This document shows, in pieces, positions 20,346-30,620 of a DNA stretch of 64,000 bases. The notes under the pieces are model-generated. The model made no database searches. It worked only from the letters and a program-made list of their open reading frames with translations, and was not told where the DNA came from. The stretch comes from Phyllobates terribilis. Taxonomy: Eukaryota. Both the position numbers and the translations under genes were made by a program. The DNA is taken from positions 366,482,001-366,546,000 of the forward strand of contig NW_027362769.1 in NCBI RefSeq assembly GCF_046119375.1. Direction: 5' to 3'. Each line of letters begins with the position of its first letter. Position 1 is the first letter of the stretch.

Positions 20346-21704
20346 TGTGACGCCTCTACTCAGAGAAGCCCGTGTTTTACCCTGGGTGATGAGGGACTCG
20401 GTGTCGGGCCCTGTGATGGAGAGATGGGATGCAGCCGTGGCCTGGGCCTGACTCGTGCTCAGGGCCGTCACATTAGAAAGAGATGCTGTGGGCTTGTCCG
20501 GGTTGAGTGGCTTATTTTAATGACTACGCCACCTGTGGTGCCTGGTGAAGGGTCACCAGCGCCGCTGCAGTCCGCTGAGGCCCGGTGTCATGGCGGCTAA
20601 AGTTCTCGCTGCTCCCCACAGGCGGAGCAAGGCCTCAGGGCAGGCAAACAGGAAAGAGAGGGGGTAGTAGTGCGGGGAGTACGGGCACCGCGTCGCATGG
20701 TATGCCGCGTAATGAACAGTCCGGAGGCCATAGGGGTGAACTTCCAAGGCTTTACTCACTTAGAGATGTCAGCGGGAAGGCGTCTCCCTGCTCCCTGCGG
20801 AGTCCTGCGGCCACCAGGGACGGGGGTCCGACTACCTCCGAGAAAGTCCAGTGTTCGGTAGCGACCCTACACCAGAGTGTTCCTGCACTATAAACTTCAC
20901 CCTTTCCCGTCTGTGCGTGTGTAGATAGGCCGGGTCTCCCTCTGAGCTCCTCTCAGGACTAGGGCACGGGTGGCAATTCCTCTCCATCCGATGCCCGGTG
21001 GGATCCTCAGGGCCTAACCGGGCTTTCCCGTCCAGGACATAGAGTACAAGGTCGGGTGTCGAGGGCCGGTACCCCTCTTGCAGCCGGAATCCCTCTGAAT
21101 AGATCAGGTAGTCGAGGACAGGTGGCGTGCTCCGCTCCGTCTGCATCCTCCCCGGGACCCATTTTCTGGGGAGCCACACTCTAAAGCTCCCAGGGCCTTC
21201 TTGATCCTGGTCCTTGGCCGGGTTGAGACATTACTTGTCTACAACCTACCTCTCGTCCCAAGGCCAGGGTACGAGGGCTGTGTCCCTTACCGGCGCAGGC
21301 CCACACAGGATCTGCGCTCCCGGAGGGAAGTCACATTACACACAGTATTTTGACTGCAAAGAGACAGCCGACAGACTAGCAAAGGCTAGACAAAGGACCA
21401 GAGAAGAACAACAGACCAAGATCAAAGATGGCTTTCTATTAAATATGAAATTTAAGGTGTAACTAACTTGTAAGTCCTCCACCCACACCCACTAACTGCT
21501 TCCTACCACTTTGTGTTCCCCAGTCTCCCTGTAACCAGGGGAGCAACACCTAGTGCATACTAGCTCCCTCTGGTGGAGAAGTGTGGTGTTGGATGCAAGG
21601 CTGGGTCGCGACCATCACACCGGGCTTACCTCAGAGGAGGAACACTACACTCCATTAGAGAAGCGCAGCATTCCTGTGGCGGTCAAACCCTCAGGGGCGC
21701 CACA
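20346..21704 (-). repeat. 3' LTR of element D (1359 bp)
   Basis: TGTGACGCC...GGCGCCACA inverted termini. Confidence 0.88.
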
Positions 21705-21855
21705 TTACCCCCTGGTAAAACACAGCACGTCCGCGGGCTGCAAAAGAAGCAACACCCAGGATGTTTTCTTTTTATGATAACATGCAAAACTATCATCCCT
21801 TTATGGGAGGCACATTTCTTAAACGTTACATAACAAGGTGCATAGTATAAAAGTA

Positions 21856-23936
21856 TCTACTATATAATTGTCTTATCCCGTCTGTCTGTCTGTATGTCTG
21901 TCTTTCTGTCTGTCTTTCTGTCTGTCTGTCCTGGAAATCCCGCGTCGCTCATTGGTCCGGCAGAGGCCAATCAGCGCCGCGGGATTTCTAAAAAAAGATG
22001 GCGGCCGTTAGCGGCTCATCTGGCGGACGGAGGTCAGCGGCGATGCAGCGGGGAGATGAGCGGCGCTAGCAGCACAACTACCCCGACCGGCGCCGCTGAC
22101 CTCCATGCGACTAACGTCGGAAGATCAGCGGCTTGGCCCGCTGATCTCCCGACAGCAAGTGTGAACGGAGGACCGGGGAGCGGCGCCGCCGGTCGGGATG
22201 CTTCTGCTGCGAGCAGCCGCTCATCTCCCAGCTTCTCGCAGCAGAAGGAGCCGCACAAGCAGCGCCGCTCCCCGGTCCTCGCTAATACGGCGCTGCACAA
22301 GCAGCGCCGCTCCCGGGCCCACACTAATACCACGCTGATTGGTCGCGGTGGCCGGCCGCGACCAATCAGCGATATGGGCGGCAAATTTAAACGCCGCTCT
22401 GCTGATTGGTTGCTGCCGGCCACCGCGACCAATGAGCGAGATGGACGGCAAATTTAAACGCCGCTCTGCTGATTAATCGCGGCCAGCCACCGCGACCAAT
22501 CAGCGAGATGGGCGGCAAATTTAAACGCCGCTGTGCTGATTGGTCACGGCCGGCTACCGCGACCAATCAGCGAGATGGACGGCAAATTTAAACGCCGCTC
22601 TGCTGATTGGTCGCGGTAGCCGGCCGTGACCAATCAGCGAGATGGGTGGCAAATTTAAACGTTGCTCTGCTGATTGGTCGCGGCCGGCCACCGCGACCAA
22701 TCAGCGAGATGTCCGGCAAATTTAAACGCCGCTCTGCTGATTCGTCGCGGTGGCCGGCAGTCCGCGACCAATCAGCGAGATAGGCGCCAAATTTAAACAA
22801 CGCTCTGCTGATTGGTCGCTGACGCCAGACGCGACCAATCAGCGAGATTGGCGCCAAATTTAAACAACGCTCTGCTGATTGGTCGCGGACGGCAGACGCG
22901 ACCAATCAGCGAGATTGGCGCCAAATTTAAACAACGCTCTGCTGATCGGTTGCGGTGGCCGGCCGCGACCAATCAGCGATTTTGGTGCCAATTTGAAACA
23001 CCGCTCTGCTGATTGGTCGCGGTCACCGGCCGCGACCAATGAGCAGTATTGGCGCCAAATTTAAACCCCGCTCTGCTGATTGGTCGCCACCGCTGGCCAC
23101 GACCAATCAGCGATTTTGGTGCCAAATTTAAACAACGCTCTGCTGATTGGTCGCGGTCGCCAGCCGCAAACAATCAGCAGTATTGGCGCAAAATTTAAAC
23201 CCTGCTCTGCTGATTGGTCGCGACTGCCGGGCGCGACCAATCAGCGATTTTGGCGCCAAATGTAAACACCGCTCTGCTAATTGGTCGCCAGCCGCGACCA
23301 ATCAGCAGTATTGGGGCCAAATTTAAACCTCGCTCTGCTGATTAGTCGCAACCACCTGTCGTGACCAATCAGCGATATTGGCGCCAAATTTAAACACCGC
23401 TTCGCTAATTGGTCGTGGTGGCCGGCCGCGACCAATCAGCGATATTGGCACCATATTTAAACACCGCTCTGCTCATTGGTCGCGGTTACCGGTCACGAAT
23501 AACCAGCATTATTGGCGACAAATTTAAACACCGCTCTGCTGATTAGTCGCGGCCGTAACCAATCACCATTACTGGCGCCAAATTTAAATAACGCTCTGCT
23601 GATTGGTCGCGACCGCCGGCCGCAACCAATCAGCATTATTGCCGCCAAATTTAAACCTCACTCTGCTGATTGGTCACGTTCGCTGGCCGCGACCAATCAG
23701 CATTATTGGCGCCAAATTTAAACCCCGCTCTGCTGATTAGTCGCGACCGCCGGCCGTGACCAATCTGCGATATAGGCGCCAAGTTTTAACACCGCTTTGC
23801 TAATTGGTCGCGGTTGCTAGCCTCGACCAATCAGCGATTTTGGCGCCAAATTTTAAAACCGCTCTGCTGATTGCGCCCGGTCGGCCGCATACCTATTCTA
23901 GAATACCCGATGCGTTAGAATCGGGCCAACATCTAG
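21856..23936 (+). mobile_element. Non-autonomous Helitron with about 23 copies of a 67-bp satellite
   Basis: 5' TC, 3' CTAG, inserted between A and T, no TSD, hairpin CCCGAT-N8-ATCGGG at 23906-23925, (GTCT)n near the 5' end. Confidence 0.88.
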
Positions 23937-24336
23937 TAAAATTATAAAAGTGCTAGCATTTTTCCAGAGACATTATTGCAGACAGACAGGTAAAGTGCAA
24001 GGACACCGAGTCAGTTCAGAAGTGCGAGGGACCGGTCCTAAACCCTCCACGTTGGCCCTGGGGTGGCTGCAAGGCATGCAGATCCAGAGTTGGACCTCCC
24101 GGAGAGCCACCCTAACAGGTTTTTCTTCTGAGGTTTTGAGGTAGAGAATATCCGCGGTTTTGCATAAAACCAATATGGAGCACCTAAGGAGATGCAAACT
24201 ATATACAGGGTGAAAGAGTCTGTCTGCTAGTCCGCAGGGACAGGTGTCTCTAGAAACCGGGTTAGAAATTAAGCATAATAGGAAAAGTCAACTTTTAAAC
24301 TTGTAAACAAAACTGCAACAACAGCCGGGGGCTGCT

Positions 24337-24498
24337 TTAAACTTCGGGCTGCCGTCTTGGAAAGGGCTCATTCCTCCCGACGGTGGCTAGCCGGTCCCCT
24401 GAGGCTGAGCGCGGGGTGGCGTCACTCCCGGACACTTTGTGTACGTCCAGGGCGTACCACCCACGCTCCCCCTGGTGGCGAGTGAAAGTCACTGTGTC
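24337..24498 (-). pseudogene. C-terminal half of a cold-shock-domain ORF in element D, truncated by CR1
   Basis: Manual translation DTVTFTRHQGERGWYALDVHKVSGSD...PEV*, aligning with DEVTFTRHKCAKGPYALHVHR of element E. Confidence 0.7.
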
Positions 24499-24499
24499 A

Positions 24500-26649
24500 C
24501 ATAGGTGTCACATAGTTAGTAAAGCCGAATAAAGACTTGCGTCCATCAAGTTCGACCTGTTAGGTCTGTAATTGCTAAAGTTGATCCAGAGGAGGGCAAA
24601 AACCCCAAATGATTTGGCCAATCTTCACCTGAGGAAAAATTCCCTCCCGACTCTGAAACCAGCAGTCAGAATAAATCCCTGTATCAACCTACTATTTTAT
24701 TCTATTGTTAAGTATATGCAGAAATCTGCCTGGTATCTAGAAAAGCATCCAGTCCCCGCTTGAACTGGTGTAGTGAATCCGACATTACCGTCTCCTCACT
24801 CAGTGAATTCCATATTCTCACTGCTCTTACCGTAAAGAACCCCTTCCTATGCTGGTGCTGAAACCTTTTCTCTTCCAGTCTTAGTGAATGCCCTCTTGTT
24901 ACCGTAATATCCCTCCTTTTGAACAAATCCCGGGCAAGGTCTCTATACTGTCCCCTAACATATTTGTACACATTTATTATGTCCCCCCTCAACCTTCTCT
25001 TTTCCAGGCTGAATAGTCCTAGTTTTGCCAACCTCTCTGGGTATTGCAGTCCCTCCATTCCCCTTATTAATTTTGTTGCCCTCCTTTGTACCTTTTCAAG
25101 CTCATTTATATCCTTTCTATATATTGGGGCCCATAACTGAGCACAGTATTCCAAGTGTGGTCTGACCAGTGCTTTGTACAGTGGAAGAACAATGTTCTCA
25201 TCCTTTGCAGCTATACCTCTTCTGATACATCCCATTACCCTGTTTGCCCTTACAGCAGCGGCCTGACTTTGGGCACTCCAATTTAGTTCGCTATCAATCA
25301 CGATGCCCAAGTCCTTCTCCATCTCTGAATTCCCCAATGATTTCCCATTCAGTGAGTACTGGTGACTTCCATTTTTCCTTCCCATATGTATGACCTTACA
25401 TTTCTCCTCGTTAAACCTCATTTGCCATTTAATGCTCCACCTACCCAGCTTATCCAAATCCCTCTGTAGGTCTGCACTGTCCTCTTTTGTATTAATTGTT
25501 TTACATAACTTTGTGTCATCTGCAAATATTGATATTTTACTATTTATCCCGTTGACTATGTCGTTAATAAAGATATTAAATAACATTGGGCCTAGTACAG
25601 ACCCCTGTGGTACCCCACTAGTGACGCTTACCCAATCTGAGTATATTCCATTTATAACCACCCTCTGCCTTCTATCCTTTAGCCAGTTAGCTACCCACTT
25701 GCAGACATTTTCCCCCAGCCCCATCATTCTCATTTTGTATACCAACCTATTATGTGGCACGCTATCGAACGCTTTTGAGAAGTCGAGATACACGACATCC
25801 ACTGGTTCCCCCTGATCTACTCGAGAGCTCACCTCCTCGTAGAAGTCAATCAGGTTTGTTTGGCAGGAGCGATTCCTCATGAATCCATGTTGGTTCGGGG
25901 TTAATAGATTATTAGCATCAAGATGCTCCATGATTGCCTCATTAATAAAGCCTTCAAAAATTTTGCCCACAACGGACGTCAGACTCACCGGCCGATAGTT
26001 TCCGGTGATACTTTTTGCTCCCTTTTTGAATATTGGCACTACATTCGCCTGTCGCCAATCAAGTGGTACAGACCCAGTCTCAACAGAGTCCTTAAATATA
26101 AGATATAATGGTCTGTCTATCACATTACTTAGTTCCCTTAGTACCCGTGGGTGTATGCCATCAGGTCCTGGTGATTTGTTTATTTTAATGTTACTGAGGC
26201 GTTTCTGTACCCCAGCTTGGGTTAGATTTGTCATACTTAGTGGAGGATTAAGCTTGTCACTTCTCATTTCGCCTGTTAGTTCTTTTTCCTTTGTGAAAGT
26301 TGACGAAAAAAATTTATTTAATAGATTAGCTTTATCCTCATCTTTCTCTATGATTTTGCCTTCATCACTTTTTATCGGTCCAATATTATTCGATTTAATC
26401 CTTTTACTATTTATATACGTAAAGAATAGTTTGGGATTTGATCTACTTTCCCTAGCAATACGTCTCTCTGTTTCCTCCTTTGCTATTTTTATTTGTTTTT
26501 TGCAGGTTCTCGTTTTTTCCTTGTAACACATTAGTGCCTCCTTACTGTTTTCCTGTTTTAATCTCTTGAATGCCTCTTTTTTGCTATTTAACGCCCCTTT
26601 TACGTTCTTATTCAACCATATTGGTTTCCTCTTATTTCTGGCCCTTTTA
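24500..26649 (-). mobile_element. CR1 LINE, 3' 2.1 kb with open RT region (ORF 24708-26804 begins in the adjacent minisatellite)
   Basis: KSPGPDGIHP, NYRPVSLTS, LDFSKAFD, GVPQGSVLGP, FADD; 3' tail ACTATGTGACACCTATGTGAC; nearly identical to 46446-48593. Confidence 0.93.
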
Positions 26650-27240
26650 ATATGGGGAGGTGACATCCTGCATGGGGCATGATATGGGGGGTGACATCCT
26701 GCATGGGGCATTATATGGGGGGGTGACATGCTGCAAGGGGTATAATATGGGGGGGGGTAAACATCCTGCATGGGGCATGATATGGGGGGGGTGACATGCT
26801 GCATGTGGCATTATATGGGGGGGGGTGACAAGCTGCATGTGGCATTATATTGGGGGGGTGACATGCTGCATGGGGCATTATATGGGGGGTGACATGCTGC
26901 ATGGGGCATTATATGTGGGGGGTGACATGCTGCATGGGGTATAATAAAGACAGGGGAGTGTTATCCTGCATGGGGCATTATATGGGGGGGTGACATCCTG
27001 CATGGGGCATTATATGGGGGGTGACATCCTGCATGGGGCATAATATAGGGGGGGTGACATGCTGCATGGGGCATAATATGGGGGGGTGACATGCTGCATG
27101 GGGCATAATATGGGGGGGTGACATGCTGCATGGGGCATTATATGGGGGGGTGACATACTGCATGGGGCATTATATGGGGGGGAACAGCCTGCATGGGGCA
27201 TTATAAGGGGTGGAACAGACTGCATATGGCATTATAAGGG
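26650..27240. repeat. G-rich minisatellite, unit about 32 bp
   Basis: ATATGGGGGGGTGACATGCTGCATGGGGCATT repeated with variable G-run length. Confidence 0.9.
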
Positions 27241-27244
27241 GGAA

Positions 27245-27530
27245 ACAGCCTGCCTATTTGGAACATTTACCTGCCCATTGAGGACCTATGCTGCCTATTG
27301 GGGACATTTACCTGCCTATTGGGGACCTATGCTGCCTATTGGGTACATTTACCTGCCTATTGGGGACCTATGCTGCCTATTGGGGACATTTACCTGCCTA
27401 TGGGGGACATTTACCTGCCTATTGTGGATATTTACCTGCCTATTGAGGACCGATGCTGCCTATTGGGGACATTTACCTGCCTATTGAGGACCTATGCTGC
27501 CTATTGGGTACAGTTACCTACCTATTGAAA
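27245..27530. repeat. Minisatellite, unit about 21-22 bp
   Basis: CCTGCCTATTGGGGACATTTA and CCTATTGGGGACCTATGCTG variants. Confidence 0.88.
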
Positions 27531-27729
27531 TACCGGTTGATTTAACTTTACTTGTTCTTCATTTTAAATATTGTATTTGTTCCTGTATTGTTTTTTTTAC
27601 TACAAAATAAGATATGTGCAGTGTGCATAGTAATTTGTTCATAGTTTTTTTTAAAAACTATATTCCGGCCCTCCAATGGTCTGAGGGACCGTGAACTGGC
27701 CCCCTGTTTAAAAAGTTTGAGGACCCCTG
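27531..27729. mobile_element. One terminus of a hAT (Charlie/OC1-like) element; other end lost
   Basis: Ends ...GGCCCCCTGTTTAAAAAGTTTGAGGACCCCTG (TIR CAGGGGTCCTCAAACT), followed by GGCTAGAC, a Charlie-type CTAG-centred 8-mer; family recognised from memory. Confidence 0.72.
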
Positions 27730-28050
27730 GGCTAGACAAAGGACCAGAGAAGAACAACAGACCAAGATCAAAGATGGCTTTCTATTAAATATGAAATTTA
27801 AGGTGTAACTAACTTGTAAGTCCTCCACCCACACCCACTAACTGGTTCCTACCACTTTGTGTTCCCCAGTCTCCCTGTAACCAGGGGAGCAACACCTAGT
27901 GCATACTAGCTCCCTCTGGTGGAGAAGTGTGGTGTTGGATGCAAGGCTGGGTCGCGACCATCACACCGGGCTTACCTCAGAGGAGGAACACTACACTCCA
28001 TTAGAGAAGTGCAGCATTCCTGTGGCGGTCGAACCCTCAGGGGTGCCACA
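27730..28050 (-). repeat. Truncated 5' LTR of element D
   Basis: Near-identical to 21384-21704. Confidence 0.92.
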
Positions 28051-28420
28051 CATGCATGGCATTGCATATTGTGGGGAATTGCATAGGGAAGTGATGTTGC
28101 ATGTTGGGGACTTGCATATATAAGTGGGTGATGTTGAAGGTCTAGCAGAGGGAAGGGCGTGATGCATGCATGGCACTGCATATTGTGAGGAATTGCATAG
28201 GGAAGTGATGTTGCATGTTGGGGACTTGCATATATAAGTGGGTGATGTTGAGGGTCTAGCAGAGGGAAGGGCGTGATGCATGCATGGCACTGCATATTGT
28301 GGGGAATTGCATAGGGAAGTGATGTTGCATGTTGGGGACTTGCATATGTAAGTGGGTGATGTTGAGGGTCTAGCACAGGGAAGGGGGTGATGCATGCATG
28401 TGTTGCATGTTGTGGGGGCT
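28051..28420. repeat. About three copies of a 120-bp tandem repeat; related degenerate units at 19600-20345
   Basis: ...GCATAGGGAAGTGATGTTGCATGTTGGGGACTTGCATATATAAGTGGGTGATG... repeated. Confidence 0.85.
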
Positions 28421-28430
28421 TTTACAGGGA

Positions 28431-28800
28431 ATGAGTTATGGGCACACCATCTGTACTGTCAACGCTTTGAACGCAGTATACTTTATGCTGCGTCCAAAGC
28501 GCTGCACGCAGGTGAATCCGCATGTGTTCATTGAACCATGCGGATTCACCCCATCCTATACATTGCACTGATCTAATTTCTCTTGTGGAGACTAGCGACT
28601 CCGCAAGAGAAATTGACGGAAAGACGTTTGCAAGTCCGTGTCCGCGGGTGATCCGCAGGTGCCTGGAGATGCATAGTGGGCATGGGATTTCTTCAAATCC
28701 CATCCACTTTGCTTGTATTATCGAATGCTGTGGTTTGCACGCAGCGCAAGTGTGCTGCATCCAATCAGCAGCGTTTACTGACCGTGTGCACATACCCTTT
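28431..28800. mobile_element. Degenerate T2-like MITE
   Basis: Right end CGTGTGCACATACCCTTTA; degenerate left end GAGTTATGGGCACAC. Confidence 0.4.
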
Positions 28801-28903
28801 ATGTTGCATGTTGGCGCCTTGCATATGTAAGGGGGTGTTGTTGCATTTCATTCCTCTTGCATGTAGAATTTGACTGATGCTGCATGTTGGGGGGCTTACA
28901 CAC

Positions 28904-29760
28904 TTAAGGGGTGCATCTGGAATCATAATATCTGTTAAAGGGGCCCACTGAGACTCTTTCGCCCGGGGCCCACAAAAACCTGGAGCCGGCCCTGGTGTGT
29001 ATATACGATGAAGTGGGCGGATTAGCTTGATCCTGTGTTGGAGTTTGGGTTTCCTTTTTTATGTAATATTTTTTGAGAGCCAATTTTCTCATGAATTGTT
29101 TGATTCCAATAAAGGCCTGAAATTTGTTAAGGCCTATCGAGGGGGCAAACTTCAGGCCCTTATTAAGTAGGTTGATTTCATTGGGTTTTAGGTTGTGTTT
29201 ACTTAGGTTAAAAATAGAATCACCTTTACTGTTTATCTCTTCTAATTGTTTCTTCTTTTTGGAGAATTGCCCTCCTCTACAGCCCCTTTGGCGCCTTTTC
29301 TTTGGGCCAACTGAAAAAAATTTGAGTTGCTGGCCCTTTTACTAATTTGTGGGTGTTGAGAGTTCGATCTGGTTCTCAAGCCGTTGTCTTGGGAGGCGGT
29401 AGGATATTGATTATTATTGCTAGGGTATTCATTAATTTTTTTCCAGTGGGTCAAAGCGGTTTTGTGTGTTAATGGGCGTAAGTATTGGGGAGGTAGCTTC
29501 AGTGGAAGGTTGAGGGCTGGTTGTTGTGCCTCTATGGCCATCCAGTTGTGTTTGATGATAATAGTCTGGTGTTGGATGGGTGGAAAATCTGTCCTCTGAT
29601 ATTTGGGTGTCCGATGGTGGTGGACTGGCTATGGCCTCGTTCACAACTTCAAAAACTAATCCTTCCCGTATGTGATATTGTGTGTTAATGTCTGGGATAG
29701 TGTCACGTCCAAATTTCAATCTTTTCAAATTTCTATACCGAGCAATGATTTTTAACTTCT
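28904..29760 (-). pseudogene. 5' fragment of a second Penelope-like ORF
   Basis: Manual translation SIFNLSKHNLKPNEINLLNKGLKFAPSIGLNKFQAFIGIKQFMRKLALKKYY, matching the PLE N-terminal NLS...LxKGLxFxP motif. Confidence 0.7.
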
Positions 29761-30620
29761 TGTAACCTACATATTTAAATAAAATTGGACATTTTTAACA
29801 TCTTCAATGTTATTTCTTGCCACATACCCTATACACTAGCGCAAGTTGTTTTATATATTTTTTATACTAACATTACGTTAAATAACATCCGCCTGGAATA
29901 TAATCATATACACCTCTTGTAGAAAAACGATGCCCCCTGGAATGTTTGGTGGCCAGTGTGAACATGGGCCTACACAGTGCATGCACATGCATTTATTTTC
30001 CACTTTTTCTCTTTAGGCTTCGGTTTCAGGATTTTTGCACTCTTTGCAAATAAAGGAGTGGTTTCCTTTTTCCTTGAGCTGGACATTACATTTGTATATT
30101 TCTCCATGGCTGGGTGTCCATTAGCCAGGTCTCAGGCCTTCTCATCCCTTATTAACATTACGTCACTTTACATACGTAAGGTTTTAATACTAGAGGTTAG
30201 GATTCCTTACCTTTCCATGGTTCCCAGGATGGCTTTAGCTCTGCTACATTGACATGACAGGCTGGATCGCAGCAGAACGCTGCCATCCAGTTTGCCATGC
30301 CGCAGACACTGAGAAGCTCCTCAGTGAAGCTCCTCAGTGTCTGGCTGTGACGGCATCCAGATGAGTCGAGTTCATGTCCCCCATTTTAATAGCTAGTAAA
30401 GGCTAGGTATTCAGCTGGGGGCTGATATTAGTAGCCTGGGAAGCTCCGTGGGAATTACCCCCTTCCCAGGCTTCAAACATCTGCCCCAGCCATCTGCTTA
30501 ACCTCCGCTAGAGACTAAAATAACGGGGAACCCCACGCCAATTTTTTTTTTAATAAATCCTTTATTTTAACACTAAATGACAAGTACAGTAACCAACACT
30601 GTCACTGTACTTATTATATA

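Larger units (their letters stand above)
20346..28050 (-). mobile_element. Internally deleted Ty3/Gypsy element D carrying Helitron, CR1 and hAT insertions
   Basis: 4-bp TSD CATG (20342-20345, 28051-28054); complete LTR 20346-21704; terminal 321 bp of the other LTR at 27730-28050; PPT-like TTACCCCCTGGTAA at 21705 matches element E. Confidence 0.88.

Noticed and set aside
24708-26804. 698-aa ORF as a novel fusion protein
   Set aside because: The N-terminal 52 aa are translated minisatellite and the rest is a CR1 RT fragment; no sign of selection. Recorded only as a deletion junction.
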